DNA from: Phoronis australis
Lineage: Eukaryota; Animalia; Phoronida
Direction of reading: 5' to 3'
Length of the DNA: 64,000 bases
NCBI GenBank assembly: GCA_002633005.1
Contig: NMRA01000378.1
Coordinates: 234,886-298,885 of the forward strand
Positions 54,720 through 64,000 of this stretch are shown here, piece by piece (the first letter of the stretch is position 1; each line of letters opens with the position of its first letter). The notes below the pieces were generated by a model. It had not been told where the DNA came from, did no database searches, and saw nothing but the letters and a program-made list of their open reading frames with translations. The position numbers and the translations under genes were made by a program.

Positions 54720-56080
54720 AAGACACTCGCATACTCCTTTAAGAATCGAAAATTTCAACACACGCCTCCATGCAGGAGTCTGTTACATGCCTACACTTAA
54801 CGCATTTCCAGCGGATCGTGACTTTCCCAGGTTGCCAAGATAACTTACTGCGATGAGTAGACTGAACTCATCACCGAAACTTTCTCCCTAAGGATATTTC
54901 TTGACGAGAGTAGATGGGATTGTTGCACTTTCGTCGACATGTAAAGCTTGTAGCCTTGCAGTGATCTTAACTTGACTCTACAACCTTCCTTGCTTCAAAT
55001 AGCAAAAAACAACAAAAATTCCACAGGGGTCGCCAAAATACTCGAATCCGTCCGAACATCATAGTCAGGCATGGTCTTCTCATCAGTAAGACATCAGTCT
55101 AAGTCATGAAGATCCTTTGAGCAGTTTGGCAGTTAGGAATGCGGGTGTTAAAAACGTTCTCAAATTTTAAATTCCCACCAGTTGGCGCACAATACTCAAA
55201 TTCGTCGGCCGCATACGGGAAGGCATCATGGTCTTTTTAATACGTTTTTGAAAAAATATAAAACTCCAAAGATACGGAGGCAAGTGTAAAAAACCAAAAT
55301 TGCCATGGAGGCAGAGCTATAGTACTTCGATACGTGTCGTCGTTTTCGTCTGTCGTCCGCAACTTCATAGGACTGAACACATCTACCAAATCTCATTGCG
55401 AGAGTCTTTCAAGGGTTAAGTGGAAGATACAACCATAGACAGTGGACTCCCAGACAGAAATGACGTCAGTATTCACCCGCATATAAACATGGGAGTGCTT
55501 AATTAAATCACCAATACATTCTGCAGCAACCTATCAACAACAAAGAAAAATGACCATTATTTGTGTAATCCCCGCAAAAATGCGAGGTATTTATTACTTG
55601 CTTTTTCGTTTCCCATGATGATGTGTAACTTGTTTGATATTTACATCAAAAGATTTTCCCCATCATTCTGCAGTCCCTTGTACACCACAATTAGCCCACA
55701 GCAACTGTAAGAGTTAATTGTCACTGAAAGTCAGCCACTGCAACGCACTGCTATTAATAACCTGTCTTACTCATATACTGTTTCGAGTACTAAACTAAGT
55801 CATGATTACATTTGAAAACCCAGGTTGTCTATGGCAGTATTAAGATCACAATGCAAGGCAGTCCAGGGATGGAAACACATCCGCAGCTCGGGCACACGCC
55901 CATACCACACGAGCCAAAAGAAACTTTACCACACACGAAACTCTTGCTTAGAAACCTGGGACAAGGCTTTCGTGTTAAGAGTGGGTCTCCACCACCCTAC
56001 CCTGCCGGAGTATACAAAAACACACCGTGGTTTATGGAATAGTGTCCATGATCACAGTACACATTGTTGTAAAACTTTTC
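54720..56080 (-). pseudogene. Ankyrin-like remnant F (may join fragments at 50240-50560 and 58624-58878)
   Basis: WYGRVPELRM and WTALH (55865-55851); LQALHV, FSLLIAVSYLGNL and VLKFSILKGV at 54720-54960. Confidence 0.35.
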
Positions 56081-57714
56081 ACTTCCTACTCGCAACACAT
56101 TCAAAAACCAGGACCCACAATTTCAGGCTTCTAGGATTTGATACGTCACTAGACTTGCATGTACCTAAAAACATCTAAACAAGTAAGCGGAGAAACTACA
56201 AGCCCATTCCATAACCTGGTTAAACAGGGGGTTGGCTGTGATGACGTAAATGAGAGGTGGACAGGTGGTACATCAAGATGACACTTGATGACAAGGAGCG
56301 GCGAAGTGGCAAATTTTCGATGACGTAATATATGAATGCCCCATTATGCAATCTAACAAATAATTAGTCACTTTCAAAGTCTATAATTGTCTTAATACTT
56401 TAACTATCAAAATTGTTGTTCTTATCAAAAGCTTGTGACACCGGGGCAACAGAAGATACGGTTCAACTTGGAATATACATGTAGTGGGATGGAGCTTGTA
56501 CGGTCACACTAACAATGAAATGGCATGTGCATATGCGTACATGTACGCACCATTTATTCCATCTTCTTTTTGAGAACGTGAACTAGACCAGATTAAACCT
56601 TTATATCATAACAAACATTTCAGTAGACGTTAAAACATTTGACAGCAATCACTGCACGATCCAAATACTTTCACACACAGGTGAAATGTTTGCTTCCAGA
56701 CCGCAGTATTTACATGATCTCGCAGCAGACAATCCTTCAAGCAGTCGTTTGACATTCTACTTTTATAATTTTACCATTCGAATTAAGAATAATGACAGTA
56801 TTTTTGTAACTGTGGTGTTTTTACATGTGAGCCTTGCAGCTTTTTGCCCACCATAAAGCCATTCGTGCAATGACTGCCTGTCCAATGAGCCAAATAGGCA
56901 CTGGTTACGCCAGTGGCGTCACGCGCCACATGACGATGGGACGTCACACGTCAGCACACATCATACGTGCCTGGTCGACACCACTTTCCAATGCTGGACC
57001 ATCTAACAAATAGCACAATTACAAGTTATACTAAGACAAACAAACAAATATAATTACACGATATTTACACTGAAATGGAATGAAGAAAAAAAAAAAGAAT
57101 TTTGAGCAGACGTGTTGTGTTAAAACTACAGGAAGTCAGACAAGCTGGTAACTATAGGTCATCACGTGATTTGTAGACTGTTTAAATGAGATGATTGTCA
57201 TCCTACTCCTAACTACTAAAGCATCAACAAATTTCACAGAAGTCAGAAAAACAAACTGCATAGTACTCTTCTGCTAGTCTTGAATAATCGCAATACTAAA
57301 TATGGCGATTATGTGACAGTATAATTATGTTTTTACTATGCCAGGTCTAAATGCTCAAACTTAACACTAACAACCAAAAACATGATGGAGACACTTTTTC
57401 AAAGTTTATCTGGACACAAACTTCATAAAAAGGTCTTGATAATATTTATTATATTTCTTAATTATTATGTAGGCGTGGATGGTCGCCACCCTGGCACATC
57501 AACTAGTTGACTAAAAACGTCACTTTCATATCAATATTCTTGTAAATCAATTTTAAAAAGCGATTTGAACCACTCTGTATTGTTATAAGGAATTATTCAT
57601 ACATTTTTGCTTGTGGTTCTGTTCCACTTGTTCGTGAGTATCCAAAAGTTTCTCATCAAACACTGGATGTCCAGGAAAATGAATAAATATTCCACCCCAT
57701 CATAGTCGCAAACT

Positions 57715-59170
57715 CAGTAACAGGCGGTGGGAGCAAGAACTTGTTTATCTTCTGAGATCCCTTGAAGGCATTTTAAAATACAGCGCAGAACTCAAATCTA
57801 GGACGGCCACAACGAAGTCCTAGCAACAAGCTAAGAGAGCGCGAATAGCTACTGCAGAGACAGCCTAGGTGCCCAATATCAGAGGCTTGTTGAAATGGAA
57901 CTGAGCCGTATTTTACTGGACTCTAAAATATACAATGATAATGACCAACAAACTCCTTGATAAAATAGTACAAATTAGACCTTCCTGGTCAGGTACTGCC
58001 GTACAACGCTGGCAAGCATGCAATGGTAAAATCATTGGTGATACATACCAGAAGCTGTTAGTATATAGAAACTCACTGTAGCAGCAGAAACACAACAGAA
58101 ATGAACAGAAGCATGACAAGTGTATAATACCAATGTATAAACAGAGCAAACTTTTCTGATTCAAGATCATACATGTACTGCTCAACCTCCAGTCACAATT
58201 AAAATGATGCTGAGAGCAGGATATCCTGAAGTTTATTTGGCTGGTAACAAGGTCCAGTAACACATGGCAATAAAGAATGTCTAGCATTGCCTTTCCTTTT
58301 ACTTGAATTACAACATGACAACTGATAAATGTTGAATAAAACGCTACACACCTACACCTAACACCCTGAACGCCAATAATTTCTGTTCATCACATATATT
58401 TGAAAAAAATGAGTAAACAACATAACTTTGCTCAAACAAAATCAAAGTCCATTAAATGCCACGTTCGCACTTACGCTCATGACTAAGTTCTTTTAGTACA
58501 CAGTTTGTCATGACGTAAGTTGGGCCAACATGGAACTCAGATCCCAACTCGTTCCGTGTGATATTGTCAGTAACACTATTGACTGGAACACATTGGTAAA
58601 GGACTTGTGTAACTGAGCCCACATCACATTCTTATGAGAGGCATAATCTTTAAGTATTGTTGCCTAATGTTGGGTCGATGGGCCCGGTGTCGTACTCTCC
58701 TCATTACAAAGTCGTCCAGCTTTATTGACAATTCCAGAGGTTTGGTCCAATTCTTTACGTTTCGGTGCCAGGTGTTTCTGGAAGTGACATTGAATTGATT
58801 TGAATAATGAGACCACATCATAAAACTTTTAAGAACCAGACTTCTTATTATACAAAGAAAGAAATACAATGTGGGCACTTAATAATAGGGAGACACAGAA
58901 TGCATCAAAAATAATGCCTCAAAATGAAACTGTGTTGCCGTTATCATGAGAAAAACTTGTTTGCCAAATTTCTTTAGTCAGAGCCGACCAAAAGGTTATG
59001 TTCAGCCTTTGTCACATCTATACAAATTTACACAGAACTGGCACAAGAATAAGGAGCTGCATTCGTGGACGTTTAAAACATCAAAAAACGCAAGTCAAGG
59101 CCTTCTGAACAAGATCCGACAACCCATAAGTTTGTCAATGAACCTTGAAACAGTTTGGCAGATAAAGAAG
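57715..59170 (+). pseudogene. ASB-like remnant H
   Basis: EQELVYLL, AGKHAMVKSLVIH, TIKMMLRAGY (58195-58224); SOCS-like RIRSCIRGRL / KIRQPISL near 59040-59140. Confidence 0.4.
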
Positions 59171-61369
59171 GTGATCACAAAAAAAGAAAAATGGCTACTG
59201 GCTTTGGTGCAGAATGCAACAAATTCATCAGAAAATGGAAAGGCTAAGTTGTCCTCTTAATTCAAACCTGAAAAAATTCTAGTAAATACCTCTACGGAAT
59301 CCAAAAATACAGAAGCAAACGTTAATAACCTCAAAATGACATAATGGAGCACCTCTAAGGCAATCTTTTTTTCTAACGAGACTTTCTTATGTAGTCTCAA
59401 AAAGGGTGGGATGGTTCTGCACATTTTCATATCCACTTTGAGGCAAAAAAATAATTTGAAACAAATCCATACCTGAGTCTGTCTACGATGCTTGATAATT
59501 TGTTCAGTTAGTATTTTCTTAATATTTAGCAGTTCAATTTCTGCCATGTGAAATAGTACAGATTGAATGGAGAATTATGCAGTGCTGAATATTACGCACT
59601 TCCAGAACTTTCCACATACTTTCAGGAGTTTCCTCAAAAGCTCATGGGATATAACAAAAAGTCTGCTATATAATCTGCAATAATAACATGGGTGATGTTA
59701 TTTAAGGAAATCTGATTACTATTTCAGCAATGAATGTACCCGTGAGTAGTACACTCTAGCTTGACCATTGACAAATACAAGCTTGGTCACTTTATATTAA
59801 TTACGAACAGGTTCATGAATTGTTGTACCGAAGCACTTCTGTGCTGCCCTGGGTCGAGTACATGATCTGAAGAGTCATTATATTGTAAATATTTTAAAGT
59901 GCAGCAAACTCGAAATAAATTTCATTCTCCATAACACATGGGTGTATCCCATGTCAGCTTGAACAATAAGTAATCAATAGAGAACAGAAAAGTTGTGGAA
60001 TGGTTCCTCAAACAGACTCATACGCACATGACATCACATTTATGTCCACTGGATTGCTTTTGGTAAAACATCAATACAACCCATAAAATATTCAACCCTT
60101 CCAACATACTGAGGACACTTTTAATTTTATCAAATACATGTAGTGAGTACCTTAATGACAGCCTTTGTCATCATCTTGTTCTGATCAGTGGAGCAAAATC
60201 CACAAATGTCGAAAGCACTTTGATTGCGCTGAAAAAAAGGTTAACATGTCAAACACTTGAGAAACAAAATACAAGACAGCGCCAATATAATCCAATCAAT
60301 GCACACCTATCAATGTTTTTCTAATGATGCTGCACAGATAACAAAATCACGTGACCTCAAAGAATAAGACGGTAGAACTCTGTTTTGTCCCGCGATTTGA
60401 AAACTTGGCTGACATAGAATTTCTGGAATATATGTTGCGATTTTCAATAATTTAAAAATTCCCGTTTCATCACAACAAAAGGATTAATTATCTTCGACTG
60501 TAAGCTCTGCACAATTGTGATTATTGTTGGTGTGTGAGTCACCAGTGAAAACAAATGACACTTCCTTCACCCTCTACAACTTGAGGTGAGATACCGTCGC
60601 CTTAAGACAGCTGTCAGTCTCCGTCCACATCTCTCACACATCAATTAACCTTTTTAAAAGCTATTACTTTCCAATGCATACAGCTATGTATTTTAGGAAT
60701 GACAGATATTACCAAAAATATGGATACAAAATTTTTAGTGGTCAAAAAACTACTGTAACATTGCGCACCATTTATAATCATGACACCCATTTTTGCTCGA
60801 ACACGACTTGTCAAAAAATAAACTACACCGTACTTGATTTGTTGGCTACCAAGACTCACAAAAATTTTCAATATACTTACTCTATCATTTAAAATACAAT
60901 GAAGTGCAATCACAAAAAAAACTTTCAAAGCATTGCTTGAGGGCTCTAAGGCTGGTGTGTTTCCTGTTACTTAAAGCGATAGCCTGTCTGAATTAACCAT
61001 ATTTTGCAAAATTTGAGATGCATAGGAAGAGCTCAAATTTTTCATTCTTCAATAATGCAGTCAAGGTCAGAAGTATCCGGTGTTTTAGCGGAACTCCCAA
61101 GCCTAGGTTACGATTTAAATGGATGGAGATCACAAATTAGGTGTGAACACAAGCCAAGAGTAATGTTCAGCCTGGATATTCAAATTTGACAAAAAGTAAA
61201 AAAATTGAAAGGTCCAAACAGCCAACAACAAAAATGCTAATTTTGAATATGCAAAATAAGGGAAGAGTTTCCATAGTTGCTTAGTGTTTATTATTTATAT
61301 TCATAAAAAGGGAATGTTATGGTAAGGATTCCACAAGTCTCAGTACATTTATATTAGCTTACTGCAAAC

Positions 61370-61678
61370 ACATAGTACCTGTCCATCAACATACATCCAA
61401 TGCTTGATAACGTCCTGACATGACATTTAACAATAACATAAAGATATTATACATTTGTAGTATATGTGTACGCCTGACCATTGGTATACATCCAAGATTG
61501 ATAACGTCCTCGCATGATATTTAACACTAATATAAAGATAAACATTGATAGTATCCGCATATGCCTGTTCATTGATATACATCCAAGATTGATAACGTCC
61601 TGTTATGATATTTAACAATAATATAAAGATAAACATTAATAGTGTCCGCGTACGCCTGTTCATTGATATACATCCAAA
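61370..61678. repeat. ~91-bp minisatellite, ~3.3 copies
   Basis: atacatccaa at 61391, 61486, 61577, 61668. Confidence 0.9.
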
Positions 61679-61719
61679 CATAAAATAGACATCAACAATA
61701 CACCACACAATTTTAATGA

Positions 61720-62856
61720 AACTGAGTCAACAGTCACCTTACCCTATTAATGGCTGTCACGTCAACACCCCGGTCAAGAAGAAGTTCCGCGACTGCTGCG
61801 TGGCCATGATAGGATGCGATGTGCAGGGGCGTGTTGCCTCCCTACAGGAAGTATTAAAACTGGATTGATGGTAAACAAAAACCAAATTGAAGCATATTGA
61901 ACTGTTGGATGAACATCTTATGCCAACAACAGTCAGCCAAGTGTCCACGGAAATTATCCGACACCACAACGGAGCACGACATAATTCAATGACGGATATT
62001 TTGTTACAAATCAATTTTGGTTATCGGAAATATCTTGGTGCGACATTTTCAGTAAATACAGACGGGAAAGGCTTAGATGACAAACAAAAATATCACTGCA
62101 ATGATATTTATTTGATAGGACACACCCGAGTCAATACCTTGAGCATTCTATTGCATAAGTCACAATTCACTCACCAAATATTTTAATGGATAACAGGGGT
62201 GGATCCAGGATTTTTTGTGTTAAGGGGGGCCATGGCATAGTATTAGCCAGGATTGTGCCTGTCAGACATTCACACCCCCGTACTGCCAAATGGAATCAAG
62301 GAGAATTTGAGAGGGCCATAACCCCCTTNNNNCCCCCCCCCCCCCCCCACTGCGTAAATCCGCCATTGGATAAGTCACGATTCATTCACCAGATAATTTA
62401 AAATATGTACCCATGTGCCTCCCTCCTGATAGTGACTGGGATGTGTTTGAATTTAGGCGGCGATCTAAAGAAAGCAAGGTATCAAGTAAATGTCAGTTCG
62501 TTAATTGTCCATTAGTATATTAGCTACTCTGCACGATATATATGTAGCATTATTTACATGTAGCTTTATTTACTTGTAGCTTTATTCACATGTAGCTCTA
62601 TAGCTTTATTTATTGGAGTAGTGGGCCTTTGGAGGAGTGGGCCTTTGGAGGAGTGGGGCTCGTTAACTTTTCCAGTGAGTTTGTACAGGATTTTGCAACA
62701 ACTAAGAGGACTCTCAAAGCACAAGGACTGTTTTCAGATTTTGCTCTGCGCAGAAGCTGCAGATCAATGAGGGATCTCCAGCAGATGTCAAACATCACCA
62801 GAACATCTCATAGCGTTCTCAAGAGTGCTTTAAAGACTAATTTTAACTTTTCATGA
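61720..62856 (+). pseudogene. ASB-like remnant I, interrupted by MITE copy 3
   Basis: NGCHVN, GRVASLQEVLKL, HNSMTDILLQ; C-terminal SOCS-like KRTLKAQGLF...RRSCRSMRDLQQMSNI...LKSAL-stop. Confidence 0.4.
62194..62368 (+). mobile_element. MITE copy 3 with 5-bp TSD gataa
   Basis: gataa|caggggtggatcc...aatccgccattg|gataa. Confidence 0.85.
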
Positions 62857-63526
62857 ATGCGCGCTGCTTGTCTACTTGACGACCGATCGAAACAGTAATT
62901 GCTCTAGCGAGAAGGGGATCTTAATGTTTAATTTGTAAGTTTACCAATAGTCACATCCTACACAATATAGTCATGACTCCTTAATGCTTATGTGACATGT
63001 CCATGGACATACAATCAATTGTCTGATGCAGTCTGCTCTGGAGATACATGGAATCATATAACTTAGGAAACTTATATCCATTAAACGAGAACAAAACGAT
63101 TGAAAAGGTATACTTAGCAAGTTGTGCTTAATGTTTACTTCTGAGGCTAACAGTCGCCATAGTACAGCTTAAATGTCTTATTTTACCCGATTCACAGCAG
63201 AGACATCAGCACCGTTTCTAAGTACAAACTCCACAACTGACACTTCACCACTGTAAGCTGCCGTGTGCAGTATTGTGTCACCATCCTACAGGATAAAAAG
63301 AGGTCAATTTTAAAAGAACTACTCAAGGAAGTATTAGCTGCTTTAAGAGATGAATGACGTTAAATTTCCCAAACTAAAGACTAAAGACAAAATCAGTCAA
63401 GTTTTTCACATACAGACACAGTAACTATATCAGTGACTGCTTTAAATTTATTGAAGTCAACTGGCAAGACAAGTGTGGTTGATGTTACTAGCAACCATTA
63501 ATCTACAGCACACATCACGAATTTTT

Positions 63527-63710
63527 GGCCGACCGGTCGGAAATTGGTCTCCGACCGGCCGTCGACCGGTCGGCAAATTAGCCGACCGGTCGGCTAAAAA
63601 TTAGCCGACCGGCAGCCGCCCGCAGTGCCGACTCATAAGGCGACCCCACAGCCGACCCTTCAGCCCACCCTTTAGCCGACTGGCTATCAGACGACCAGCT
63701 GGTCGGCTGC
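63527..63710. repeat. GC-rich cluster of gccgacc / ccgaccggtcgg palindromic motifs
   Basis: Palindrome cgaccggtcg three times in 63530-63593, plus further gccgac copies to ~63707. Confidence 0.7.
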
Positions 63711-64000
63711 TATTGTTAGGCTAGAGTAGCAGTTGCGTAATAGGTTGTCAGGCTCATGCCACTTTGCGTGTCGATGCATATTCGTCTTAGCACAGGGTCA
63801 AATAAATTAACCTAGTTTTGCTGTCTCGGTTACATGAGTTCACGTCGGTTGTGTAACACCACTACTTCGAAGGTTGAAGGCAAGCGGCATTAGTAAACAT
63901 TGGATTATGGACAATGCAACAAGTTTTGGATGAAAAACGTGAAAGTTTTCTTTACATTTGATCTTTAATTTGACTCCTGACGTTAACAAATTGTATTAGA

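Overview
AT-rich, repeat-dense animal genomic DNA; a marine invertebrate bilaterian is my inference, not proven. The scaffold has small N gaps at 1173, 12587, 17721-17761, 23558, 42372 and 62329-62332. Only one intact long CDS is visible: an intronless minus-strand cell-surface protein (4691-7492) with signal peptide, ~27 LRRs, LRRCT, one Ig domain and a C-terminal hydrophobic segment, but no TIR. The rest looks non-coding in the ORF track. Hand translation, however, shows scattered, heavily decayed ankyrin-repeat and SOCS-box fragments on both strands at roughly nine loci, which looks like a graveyard of ASB-like E3-adaptor paralogues. The window also holds many transposon remnants: a Helentron-type non-autonomous element (HINE) carrying a ~150-bp-periodic array of near-consensus CTCF motifs, a Crypton/DUF3504 tyrosine recombinase fragment, two THAP fragments, a probable Sola3-like fragment, a LINE 3' end, a three-copy MITE family with 5-bp TSDs, foldback elements and several tandem repeats. 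No prokaryotic features (CRISPR, operons, rRNA) were seen. All homology calls come from motif recognition by eye, with no searches run.
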